DNA from: Nitrospirales bacterium
GTDB taxonomy: Bacteria; Nitrospirota; Nitrospiria; Nitrospirales; UBA8639
NCBI GenBank assembly: GCA_963692935.1
Contig: OY843588.1
Span: forward strand, 1,699,989 to 1,763,988
Direction: 5' to 3'
Length of the DNA: 64,000 bases
The notes under the pieces are model-generated. The model saw only the letters and a list, made by a program, of their open reading frames with translations. It ran no database searches and was not told the origin of the DNA. Numbering within the stretch: position 1 is the first letter of the stretch; each line of letters starts with the position of its first letter. Below are positions 55,337 through 64,000 of this stretch, in pieces. The translations under genes were made by a program, and so were the position numbers.

Positions 55337-56016
55337 GGACGCACACGCTTTCCTGCCCACTCACAGTCTTCATACAGTACACAGGCTTCGCATCTGGGTT
55401 TCCGAGCCAGGCACACATAGCGGCCGTGGAGCAAAAGCCGCTGTGAGCCTTCCGTCCAGTTTCGTTCGGGCCAGGCCGCTTGCAAGTCAAACTCGATTTT
55501 GGTCGGGTCGGTATGCTGTGTCAGCTGCAGGCGATGGGAGACACGTTTCACATGCGTGTCCACAACAATGGACGGCACCCCCTCACAAGCACCCAGGATG
55601 ACATTGGCTGTTTTTCGCCCAATGCCGGGCAACGACGTCAAGTCTTCCATGGTGTTCGGCACGACCCCGCCAAACCGCTCGACCAAGGCCCGACCGCACT
55701 CGATCAAGCGCTGTGCCTTGCTCCGGTAAAACCCGGTTGGCTTGATGATCGCTTCGAGGCGCGCTGGCGACGCACGGGCCAGCTCCCCGGCTCCAGGGTA
55801 GGCCGCAAATAACGCCGGCGTCACACGGTTGACCCTTTCGTCTGTGCATTGAGCCGATAAAATTGTCGCCACCAACAATTCAAACGAAGAGGCATAGTCA
55901 AGTTCCACCCGCACGTGCGGGCCCTGCTGGTGCAGGCGCATGAAAATATGCCTGGCACGAGCGCGAACGGATGCCGGGGACGGACCGTGTTTCATGCGAT
56001 GACGGGCCTCTTTCAT
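55330..56016 (-). CDS. nth: Endonuclease III
   Basis: Diagnostic blocks are LVATILSAQCTD, the HhH block LPGIGRKTANVILG, VDTHVKRV and the Fe-S block CLARKPRCEAC. The ATG at 56016 overlaps the hflX stop as ATGA. Confidence 0.9.
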   Translation of the reverse strand: MKEARHRMKHGPSPASVRARARHIFMRLHQQGPHVRVELDYASSFELLVATILSAQCTDERVNRVTPALFAAYPGAGELARASPARLEAIIKPTGFYRSKAQRLIECGRALVERFGGVVPNTMEDLTSLPGIGRKTANVILGACEGVPSIVVDTHVKRVSHRLQLTQHTDPTKIEFDLQAAWPERNWTEGSQRLLLHGRYVCLARKPRCEACVLYEDCEWAGKRVRPC

Positions 56017-57698
56017 GGTCCAACGTCGGCCAGAGCCGCACCGGCGGAAGACGGAGTCACGCTCCATGCCGCCTCAGCCTCCCGACCAGGCGGCAGGTTC
56101 AATTCCAACGCGTTGGCAATGACATGCCGAAGCGGCATTAAGGTCTCTTTCCGGATGGCCGACACACACAGAGCACGGGAAGACCGCTCAAGAATGTTCA
56201 CGTCCGCTGGCGGCAAGCAATCGCATTTATTCATGACCATCACCCGCGCCACATGCTGAATCTCAAGTTCACGCAAAATGCTTTCTACGGTATGTATCTG
56301 CTGATCGCTATCCGATGCGGTGGCGTCCACGACGTGCACCAGCAAGTCGGCATGGCGCAGGTCTTCAAGCGTTGTACGAAAGGCATCCAGTAAATTACGG
56401 GGCAGGTCACGAATGAACCCGACGGTGTCGGTCAGAATCACATGCCGGCCGGACGGGAGCCTGAGCCGTCGATTGATGGTGTCCAGTGTGTCAAACGGCC
56501 GATCCTCGGCTGACACATGGCTGTGGGTTAAAGCATTCAGCAAGGTAGATTTCCCGGCATTGGCATAGCCGACGATCGACACGACCGGAATGCCATGACG
56601 AAGCCGTTGGGGACGTTGCTGCTCTCGTTGCCGCCCGACGTCCTTCAGTTTGTGCTCAAGATACGTGATCCGTTTCCGCACCCGTCTGAGATCGGTTTCC
56701 AGTTTGGTTTCACCCGGTCCTCGTGCACCGATACCACCGCCCAAACGAGAGAACGCCGTGCTGGACTGGGACAACCGGGGCAGGATATATTTGAGTTGCG
56801 CGAGCTCCACTTGAATTTTCCCCTCCCGGGAATGCGCACGCGCGGCAAAAATATCGAGAATCAACTGCGTTCGGTCAATGACCTTCATCTCGACCATTTC
56901 AGACAACGCCTGCATTTGCGTCGGGGTCAAATCCCGATCAAAAATCAACAAATCAGCCCCACCTTGCAGTGCATGGATGATCACCTCCGTCATCTTCCCC
57001 ATCCCCAACACGTACTTGGGATTGACGCGCCGCAAGCGTTGCGCCACCGTTCCAAGCACTCGAATCCCCTGCGATGCCGCCAGCTCCCGACATTCCAGTA
57101 CCCGTTCTTCCTGATCGGCCCAATTTCCCTCCGTGCCGCTGACCAGCAGGGCACGGGCTGTGTCGTCTGTTCGGTGCAACACGGGTGTCGCCCTGGCAAT
57201 CTCGGCCTCAAGTGACAACACAAAATGATCGCACCGGCACCGAAACGTCTGAAAACTTTGCGGCACCCATTCCTCATATGCCTTCCCTTGCGGATTGGGT
57301 GGTAGCAGATGGGCCAACGCGAGAGAAACCGGCTCTCCTCGTGTTCCCACTCCCAGCACCACCATTAAATCCAGTCGAAGCAAGGCAAGGTCAGTGAGAT
57401 CATCTTGGGTTAACGGTTGATTCTTGAGATGGGTATGAACAAACCGAACACCCCGCAATAACCGAGGGCCGGAACGGCTCCGCGCGAGCTGCGGGATCAC
57501 CACCTGGCGATCCGTTCCGATAATAACGGCTTCAACACTGCCCCGGCGATTAATCAACAGTCCAATTTGTCGTCGCATTTCATGTGATAATTCGGCACAG
57601 GCACGAGCCAGGTCCAGAGAAATGACCATCTCAACGGGCACGCGCCGACGATACAAACGCTCCAGTCGAGTCATCTGGCCTGGTTTCAAACCTGTCAA
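56013..57698 (-). CDS. hflX: GTPase HflX
   Basis: G1 is GYANAGKSTL, G3 is DTVGF and G4 is NKCD, downstream of an HflX-type N-domain. Confidence 0.9.
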   Translation of the reverse strand: MTGLKPGQMTRLERLYRRRVPVEMVISLDLARACAELSHEMRRQIGLLINRRGSVEAVIIGTDRQVVIPQLARSRSGPRLLRGVRFVHTHLKNQPLTQDDLTDLALLRLDLMVVLGVGTRGEPVSLALAHLLPPNPQGKAYEEWVPQSFQTFRCRCDHFVLSLEAEIARATPVLHRTDDTARALLVSGTEGNWADQEERVLECRELAASQGIRVLGTVAQRLRRVNPKYVLGMGKMTEVIIHALQGGADLLIFDRDLTPTQMQALSEMVEMKVIDRTQLILDIFAARAHSREGKIQVELAQLKYILPRLSQSSTAFSRLGGGIGARGPGETKLETDLRRVRKRITYLEHKLKDVGRQREQQRPQRLRHGIPVVSIVGYANAGKSTLLNALTHSHVSAEDRPFDTLDTINRRLRLPSGRHVILTDTVGFIRDLPRNLLDAFRTTLEDLRHADLLVHVVDATASDSDQQIHTVESILRELEIQHVARVMVMNKCDCLPPADVNILERSSRALCVSAIRKETLMPLRHVIANALELNLPPGREAEAAWSVTPSSAGAALADVGP

Positions 57699-57740
57699 AT
57701 GTCCAAGGACATGTGGAATAGACGTTCCTTTCCGCCAGAC

Positions 57741-58820
57741 CTACGTCGTCTCACCCGCTCCCGCAACTCCAATCGCCAGATCCGGTTGCGCATCAAAGTC
57801 CCACGACGCCCACCGTTGTTGTTGGTAGGCCCACCACCCAGCAGTGGCCACCATCGCGGCATTATCCGTACAAAAATTCACGCGGGGCAACGTGAGACGG
57901 ATGCCATCCCTGTTCGCACGTGATTGCAGGGCGGCGCGCAACCGGGAATTCGCACACACTCCGCCGACCACCGCCAGGCTCGCAACATGATGACGCTGAA
58001 CCGCCCGAAACGATTTTTCGACCAACACATCCACAATGGCTTCCTGGTATCCCGCGGCAATATGCGCGGGAGCAACCGACACCTCGCGATGCGTCCGGTC
58101 TCTCAAATAATACAACAACGAGGTTTTCAATCCGCTGAAACTGAAATCGAACCCTCCACGATTCAAGTACGGACGCGGGAACCGGACGACCGACGGATCC
58201 CCCGATTGCGCCAGACGATCCAGGGCCGGGCCGCCGGGGTAGCCGAGACCGAGCATCTTGGCTCCCTTATCAAAGGCTTCCCCCGCCGCATCATCGAGGG
58301 TTTTCCCAAGGAGTGTATAGTCTCTGCGTTGCGGGACGAGATACAAGTGTGTATGCCCCCCGGACACCACCAGCACAACAGCGGGTGTCACAAAACCGGG
58401 ATCTTCCAACCACGCAGACGCGATATGACCTTCCAGGTGATGTACGCCGATGCAGGGAATATCCAGGGCATACGCAAGGGCTTTGCCAAAACTCACGCCA
58501 ACGACCAGCGCACCGGCCAACCCCGGACCTCGCGTGACCGCGACAGCCTGAAGCGCAGACCACCCTGCGCCGGCTTGAGCAAGCGCGTCCTGCGTTACCT
58601 CTACAATCTTCTCAATATGCTTCCTCGAAGCAAGCTCCGGCACCACGCCGCCGAAACGTGCATGCACGGCATGTTGAGACGTCACAACACTCGACAACAG
58701 GTGTCCTTCGAGGGATAACACCGCGGCAGCCGTTTCATCACAAGACGTCTCAATGCCCAGGATACTCGGGGGCCGCTTTGCGGACGAGCTGGATGGATCG
58801 TGGCCGTCTGGACTCATCAA
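57741..58820 (-). CDS. tsaD: tRNA N6-adenosine threonylcarbamoyltransferase
   Basis: Diagnostic blocks are ILGIETSCDETAAAV, HHLEGH and VSGGHT. Confidence 0.93.
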   Translation of the reverse strand: MMSPDGHDPSSSSAKRPPSILGIETSCDETAAAVLSLEGHLLSSVVTSQHAVHARFGGVVPELASRKHIEKIVEVTQDALAQAGAGWSALQAVAVTRGPGLAGALVVGVSFGKALAYALDIPCIGVHHLEGHIASAWLEDPGFVTPAVVLVVSGGHTHLYLVPQRRDYTLLGKTLDDAAGEAFDKGAKMLGLGYPGGPALDRLAQSGDPSVVRFPRPYLNRGGFDFSFSGLKTSLLYYLRDRTHREVSVAPAHIAAGYQEAIVDVLVEKSFRAVQRHHVASLAVVGGVCANSRLRAALQSRANRDGIRLTLPRVNFCTDNAAMVATAGWWAYQQQRWASWDFDAQPDLAIGVAGAGETT

Positions 58821-58845
58821 CGTCGGGAGGGCATCCTAAACGACA

Positions 58846-58878
58846 ACGACTCTCGCCCCTTGAAGCAACGAGAGTCGT
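58846..58878 (-). terminator. Hairpin between clpC and tsaD (weak terminator or attenuator candidate)
   Basis: A 10-bp perfect stem pairs acgactctcg with cgagagtcgt across a 13-nt loop. The trailing minus-strand sequence TTGTCGTTT is only moderately U-rich. Confidence 0.3.
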
Positions 58879-58950
58879 GTGTTTGCAAGGCACGCAGTCT
58901 GTGTCAATGAACGTGGTCTTACACTCCAGCAGAGAGGCATCACCGAATGG

Positions 58951-61380
58951 TCAGACACCGGCCATCGCTTCTTCTTCAACAAACACAGGAGCGTCATCCC
59001 GAAGCACGACCTTAATTTTCCTGGTCTCCTTAAAGCGTCCCTTAATGAGTTCATCGGACAAGGGATCACCCAGAAGTTTCTGTATGGTGCGCCTCATGGG
59101 TCTCGCCCCGTACTGCGGTTGATAGCCTTCCTTAATCAGCCATTGCTTGATATCGTCACCAATCTCCAATGTGACATCACGTTCAGCCAACCGCTCGTTC
59201 AACTCACGGATCATGATATCAACAATGTTCAACAGATGCCCTTTTTCCAACGGATGGAACACCACGAACTCGTCAATGCGATTCAAAAATTCCGGGCTGA
59301 AATTCCGTTTCAATTCATCCAGAATATCATTCTTGATTCGTTTGTTCGTGTCGGCCTCTTCGGAGCTCTGGAACCCAAGCGACACCCCTTTCTGAATGAG
59401 CTTGGTGCCCAGGTTGGACGTCATCACCAGAATGGTATTTTTGAAATCCACTTTCCGCCCCAGGCTATCCGTCAACAGCCCATCATCCAGGACCTGCAAC
59501 AGGACGTTGAAAATATCCGGATGGGCTTTTTCAATTTCATCGAACAACACCACCGAGTAGGGACGACGCCGAACCTTCTCCGTTAACTGCCCGCCCTCTT
59601 CATAGCCCACGTACCCCGGCGGTGCGCCGAACAACCTGGAACTCGTAAATTTCTCCTGGTACTCCGACATGTCGATCCGAATCAGCGCATCCTCGGAATT
59701 AAACAAAAACTCCGCCAGCGCGCGAGCCAGCTCGGTTTTTCCCACACCGGTCGGCCCCAAAAAGATGAAGGAGCCGATCGGCTTGCGCGCCTCTTTCAGT
59801 CCGGCGCGCGAACGACGAATGGCTCGGCAGACAGCCGAAATCGCTTCGTCCTGGCCCACAATGCGCTTGTGGAGGAAGTCTTCCGTATGAAGCAGTTTTT
59901 CGGATTCCTCCTCGTCGAGTTTAAAGAGCGGAATACCCGTGATTTTGGACACGACAAAACTGACTTCATCAGCCCCAATCACAGGTTTGTGCTGTTCCTG
60001 GTTCTTTTTCCAATCGTGTTTGGTCTCTTCCAACAGTTTGCGCAGTCGTTCTTCTTCTTCCCGAAATTTCACGGCTTCTTCAAAACTTTGCAACCCAATG
60101 GCGACTTCCTTTTCCCGAGCCACTTGCTTGAGCTTTTGTTCCAGGGATTTCAATTCCGGAGGCAGGGAATATGATTGCAACTTGGCGCGCGACCCAGTCT
60201 CGTCAATCAGATCAATTGCCTTATCGGGGAGAAAGCGATCCGTGATGTAGCGATCCGCCAGTTTGACGGATTCCGTCACCGCCTCATCCGAAATCAACAC
60301 GCCATGGTGCTCTTCAAAGCGATCCCGTAATCCCTTGATAATCTTGACCGTTTCTTCCATGGAAGGCGGATTCACGTAAATAGGCTGGAACCGCCGCTTG
60401 AGGGCGCCATCTTTCTCAATATGTTTCCGGTATTCATCCAGCGTGGTCGCCCCGATACATTGAATTTCGCCGCGCGACAACGCCGGCTTCAGCATATTGG
60501 CCGCATCAATCGACCCTTCGGCCGCCCCGGCACCAACCAGGGTATGCAGTTCATCAATGAACAAAATAATGTTGCCGGCTTGAGCAATTTCCTTCATGAC
60601 CACCTTGAGTCGCTCTTCAAACTGCCCGCGATATTTCGTGCCGGCCACCAGCGACCCCAGGTCCAAGGCAATCACGCGACGGTTCAAAAGATTATCGGGA
60701 ACGTCCAGCGAGACAATGCGCTGGGCCAGTCCTTCAACGATAGCGGTTTTCCCCACACCGGACTCACCAATCAATGCGGGATTATTTTTGGAACGGCGAC
60801 TCAAAATTTGCAGGACCCGTTCGATTTCATCCCCGCGTCCGATGACAGGATCCAGCATGGATTCCTGGGCCAATTGCGTGAGATCTCTTCCAAATTCATC
60901 CAGTGCGGGTGTGCTACTTTTCTTATCACGGTCCCGGGTTCCCGATTTACGCAGGAACGTCACGGTCAACTGACGAGCCGTGAGCAGATTGCCCCCTAAA
61001 CTTCGGAGCACCTTTCCGCCAATCCCTTCCTCTTCCCGCAACAGACCCAGCAGAAGATGTTCACTGCCGATATGATTATGTCCGAGAAGCCGCGCCTCTT
61101 CGACGCCGTATTCAATCACTTTTTTAACGCGGGGACTGAAGGGAATTTCTCCAAACGTGACGGTGGTTCCACCGCTGGGCAAATTGCGTTCAATTTCCAA
61201 ACGAATTTGTTCGGGTGACAACCCCATCTTTTTAACGATCATGAGGGCAATGCCATCGGATTCACGGAGAACAGCCAACACCAAATGCTCCGTGCCAAGA
61301 TAGTCATTCTGATGACGTTCAGCCTCTTCGCGGGCCAAAATAATAATTTTACGGCCTCTGTCCGTGAATCGCTCGAACAT
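58951..61380 (-). CDS. clpC: ATP-dependent Clp protease ATP-binding subunit ClpC (class I, two AAA+ modules, Clp_N repeats)
   Basis: 809 aa. The N-terminus reads [20 protein letters not shown]. The Walker A motifs are GESGVGKT and [19 protein letters not shown] lies upstream of the ATG. Confidence 0.92.
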   Translation of the reverse strand: MFERFTDRGRKIIILAREEAERHQNDYLGTEHLVLAVLRESDGIALMIVKKMGLSPEQIRLEIERNLPSGGTTVTFGEIPFSPRVKKVIEYGVEEARLLGHNHIGSEHLLLGLLREEEGIGGKVLRSLGGNLLTARQLTVTFLRKSGTRDRDKKSSTPALDEFGRDLTQLAQESMLDPVIGRGDEIERVLQILSRRSKNNPALIGESGVGKTAIVEGLAQRIVSLDVPDNLLNRRVIALDLGSLVAGTKYRGQFEERLKVVMKEIAQAGNIILFIDELHTLVGAGAAEGSIDAANMLKPALSRGEIQCIGATTLDEYRKHIEKDGALKRRFQPIYVNPPSMEETVKIIKGLRDRFEEHHGVLISDEAVTESVKLADRYITDRFLPDKAIDLIDETGSRAKLQSYSLPPELKSLEQKLKQVAREKEVAIGLQSFEEAVKFREEEERLRKLLEETKHDWKKNQEQHKPVIGADEVSFVVSKITGIPLFKLDEEESEKLLHTEDFLHKRIVGQDEAISAVCRAIRRSRAGLKEARKPIGSFIFLGPTGVGKTELARALAEFLFNSEDALIRIDMSEYQEKFTSSRLFGAPPGYVGYEEGGQLTEKVRRRPYSVVLFDEIEKAHPDIFNVLLQVLDDGLLTDSLGRKVDFKNTILVMTSNLGTKLIQKGVSLGFQSSEEADTNKRIKNDILDELKRNFSPEFLNRIDEFVVFHPLEKGHLLNIVDIMIRELNERLAERDVTLEIGDDIKQWLIKEGYQPQYGARPMRRTIQKLLGDPLSDELIKGRFKETRKIKVVLRDDAPVFVEEEAMAGV

Positions 61381-61576
61381 TTTCCCTCCTTTTTCAAATC
61401 GTCAAAAGAAAGGTCGCCATTCCGCTCATCGCCACATCGGTTCTCCCCATGCGACGTTGACACTCCTCTAATCTATCCAGCCACTTCGCACACTGTCAAG
61501 GGAAAGCAGACCATCGGTAAGGTTTCACATTCCAATGCTGACGTCAAGCATCAACAAAGCTCGCAGGGTCTCTTCG

Positions 61577-61605
61577 TTGACTCGAGACAGAGTGAACGAT
61601 ACAAT
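61577..61605 (+). promoter_or_regulatory. Sigma70-like promoter upstream of nadK
   Basis: TTGACT (61577-61582) is followed by a 17-nt spacer and TACAAT (61600-61605), about 105 nt upstream of the GTG at 61710. Confidence 0.4.
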
Positions 61606-61709
61606 TTTTCAGGATCGGCCACCTTGAGAATCAACAGGACACGAGTCGTTTACCGATTTCCGACACCCCTTCAACGTACCCGTCCACATCGTCGTCGCAC
61701 GAGTCACAC

Positions 61710-62561
61710 GTGACCATCATCGGCATTGTCACCAAACCCCGATTTCTCCAAACAAGCTCCATTCTCGAGGAGTTACTCGACTGGCTCCGCCGGAAACAGA
61801 AAACGGTTCTGCTCGGTTCCGCATCCGTGCAAGATAGTCGCACCGAACAGTCACACCGTGACGCGCGCATTGCCGCCGAGGCCGAACTCGTGCTCGTGCT
61901 CGGCGGAGACGGGACCATGTTGCAGGCTGCGCGACTTGTCGAAGAACGCTCCGTGCCAATCCTGGGAATCAATCTGGGGGGCCTGGGATTTCTGACGGAA
62001 AGTACGGTGGACACGATGTACGATTCACTGGACAAAGTCTTTGCGCAAGATTTCCATTTGGATCACCGCCTGCGCCTTCAGGCCCATATCCGCCGCGACA
62101 ACGGACACCAACGGCAGGAAACGGCCCTGAACGACGTCGTCATCAGCAAAGGGGACCTGGGTCTGATGATCAGCACAAAGATTCACGTAGACCAGCAATT
62201 CGTGACGAACCTCAGGGGCGATGGGTTGATCATTGCCTCCCCAACCGGCTCCACCGGATACTCAATGGCCGCCGGTGGCCCGATTTTAAACCCGGAACTG
62301 GAAACCGTGTTGCTGACGCCCATCAGCCCCCATACCTTTACCCACCGTCCCATCCTGGTCCCCGGCCAGTCTTCACTGGAGATTCAACTGACCAGCAACG
62401 AAGGGGGAACCGTAAGATTCGACGGCCAAATCAGAGTGTCCGTGGGCAAAACCGATACGATCACGATTTGCGCCTCACCCCACAGAACCCGCCTCGTGCG
62501 ATTCCCTGACCGGACGTACTATGAGATCTTACGGAACAAGCTGAAATGGGGAGACATTTGA
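61710..62561 (+). CDS. nadK: NAD kinase
   Basis: Diagnostic blocks are VLVLGGDGTML, GINLGGLGFL and ASPTGSTGYSMAAGGP. Confidence 0.92.
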   Translation: MTIIGIVTKPRFLQTSSILEELLDWLRRKQKTVLLGSASVQDSRTEQSHRDARIAAEAELVLVLGGDGTMLQAARLVEERSVPILGINLGGLGFLTESTVDTMYDSLDKVFAQDFHLDHRLRLQAHIRRDNGHQRQETALNDVVISKGDLGLMISTKIHVDQQFVTNLRGDGLIIASPTGSTGYSMAAGGPILNPELETVLLTPISPHTFTHRPILVPGQSSLEIQLTSNEGGTVRFDGQIRVSVGKTDTITICASPHRTRLVRFPDRTYYEILRNKLKWGDI

Positions 62562-62702
62562 TGGCCTCCCAACCGGCAACCACGAATCGGCGATCACGAG
62601 GAACCACCACGGACCGACCGCACACCACAGGCCCCACACGATCCATGAGGACTGTCCGGCATGAAACCGGTTGGAGAAACGCGGCCACATTCCGGGACAG
62701 GA

Positions 62703-63071
62703 TCACGGCTGACAGTCGGGACAGGTGTCCCGTTCCCGCTCGGCTCGAAACTCTTCGGATGTTAAGGGAAAAATTTGATTGCAGATTGCGCAGTGGCGAA
62801 TTTCAAAAAACGCTTCTCCGTCCTCGTGAATCTCGCACGGCAACAACAGGTCCTGCGGGTCATAGCCCAGGGTTTTTTCATCGGAAAACTTCACGACCGC
62901 CAGACGAACGTTGAAATGCTGAAAGACGCCTTCTTTGCCCTGTTGATCATCCCCATACCCCACCACGCACACGGGTTGGCCGGGGCGGCGGGCACGAAGA
63001 TCTTTTAAGGAGCGTTGAGAATCCGACGCGACCGCAAACTGCGTCGCATCGGGAGCGGTGTGAGTCGCCAT
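62703..63071 (-). CDS. Hypothetical protein with a C-terminal CxxC...CxxC pair
   Basis: 122 aa, with HCAICNQ and DTCPDCQP near the C-terminus. I recognise no family. Confidence 0.45.
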   Translation of the reverse strand: MATHTAPDATQFAVASDSQRSLKDLRARRPGQPVCVVGYGDDQQGKEGVFQHFNVRLAVVKFSDEKTLGYDPQDLLLPCEIHEDGEAFFEIRHCAICNQIFPLTSEEFRAERERDTCPDCQP

Positions 63072-63195
63072 GATCGTGTCCTCGCAGTCTCAACCGGGAT
63101 TGTCGGGTACGGGGCCACAGCTACCCGCTTCTAACACGCCCTCAACAGAGCGTCAAGAAACAAGACGCCGTTCTCTTCAGGAAAGGACCCACACC

Positions 63196-63552
63196 GTGGC
63201 ACAGATCACCATCTACCAGAAGCCAACATGTTCAACATGTCGAACGGTCATCAAGCTCGTGCAGGAAAGCGGACAACCCTTTACGTCCGTCAATTACTAC
63301 GAGCAACCATTGTCGACAACCAAACTCAAAGAACTGTTGAAAAAAGGCGGACTCAACGCGAACGACGTGATGCGCACAAAAGAAGAGCGGTATAAAACGC
63401 TGGGCCTCGCCAACACCGACACAGCCGAAGACGAATTAATCGGATTGATGATCCAGTATCCCGATCTGCTTCAACGCCCCCTGGTCGAAAAAGGCGACAC
63501 CGTCATCCTGGCCCGACCGCCGGAAACGGTGCACAGGATCCTGGGCTTGTAG
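63196..63552 (+). CDS. ArsC/Spx/YffB-family thioredoxin-fold protein
   Basis: The sequence reads ITIYQKPTCSTCRTVIKLV...LLQRPLV. I chose the GTG at 63196 because a GAAAGGA ribosome-binding site precedes it. The ORF track starts at 63070. Confidence 0.75.
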   Translation: MAQITIYQKPTCSTCRTVIKLVQESGQPFTSVNYYEQPLSTTKLKELLKKGGLNANDVMRTKEERYKTLGLANTDTAEDELIGLMIQYPDLLQRPLVEKGDTVILARPPETVHRILGL

Positions 63553-63601
63553 CCCAGTCTGTCGTGCTGAAGGTCAAGGACGGACGGCACCTTCGATACT
63601 C

Positions 63602-64000
63602 CTAATCAGCAATGCCGACGGATACCCGTTGAGTGATAGCTTTATCGATAAGCTGTCGGACGGTATCCATTGCATTGATCAATGCAAAGCGCTGCATAAA
63701 TTCCACCGCCCCTAACTCAAGAAACAGTTTTCCGAATACTTCGTCCGCGAAACTACTTGACATGATGGGGACGCGGCTCATGTCTATAAAGATTTTACCC
63801 GTTCCGCTCATCCGGTACAGATTGGATAACTTGATCCGTACGGGCTTGCCGGCCATACGACTCCCGAACGATGTACATTCACTGATGAGATGAAAACGAA
63901 TGTTGCCATCACTGGCTTTTTCATATTCTGTTTCGACAAAATCAACCGGCGCATGTTTCCGCCCCTGAAATTGCAATGCATCCGCAAGCAGTTCCGGATT
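63602..64000 (-). CDS. STAS-like DUF4325-type protein, N-terminus probably outside the window
   Basis: The sequence reads IFIDMSRVPIMSSSFADEVFGKLFLELGAVEFMQRFALINAMDTVRQLIDKAI. The frame stays open to base 64000. Confidence 0.5.
   Translation of the reverse strand, partial: NPELLADALQFQGRKHAPVDFVETEYEKASDGNIRFHLISECTSFGSRMAGKPVRIKLSNLYRMSGTGKIFIDMSRVPIMSSSFADEVFGKLFLELGAVEFMQRFALINAMDTVRQLIDKAITQRVSVGIAD

Overview
The window looks like chromosomal DNA (about 60% GC in hand-counted core lines) from an autotroph using the reductive TCA cycle. It carries two-subunit ATP-citrate lyase, aconitase, FrdAB-like fumarate reductase, succinyl-CoA synthetase, monomeric isocitrate dehydrogenase and a five-subunit 2-oxoacid:ferredoxin oxidoreductase. 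I infer a Nitrospira-like (Nitrospirota) origin from this gene set, without any database search. Housekeeping genes fill most of the rest: pepP, cysS, rlmB, surE, tadA, coaBC, rpoZ, gmk, yicC, nth, hflX, tsaD, clpC, nadK, and type IV minor pilins plus the prepilin peptidase. Three lower-GC accessory patches interrupt this core. (1) 1.7-12.0 kb is a co-directional defence island. It holds a Type III mod-res pair translationally coupled to a membrane-anchored pentapeptide-repeat protein and an ABC-like ATPase. Upstream sits an unclassified trio of Dam-like MTase, ParB-N-domain protein and PD-(D/E)xK nuclease. (2) 27.1-29.2 kb is an islet with an Mrr-like type IV nuclease candidate, a nucleoside 2-deoxyribosyltransferase-family gene and a possible gene remnant. 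(3) 45.8-51.8 kb is a 33-48% GC island abutting tRNA-Ser(CGA). It holds a C5-MTase with a HaeII-like REase, vsr, and a second C5-MTase tightly linked to a MORC-like GHKL ATPase fused to a Ymh/TIGR02391 domain with an R-x4-H dyad. An IS1595-family element with an 8-bp target duplication ends the island. My best candidates for an undescribed system are the Dcm + GHKL-HEPN-like pair (48.3-51.1 kb) and the Dam/ParB-like/nuclease trio with the neighbouring ATPase/pentapeptide/Type III module (5.9-12.0 kb). aclB carries an apparent 1-nt frameshift. All domain names come from motif recognition by eye and memory; no HMM or BLAST search was run.
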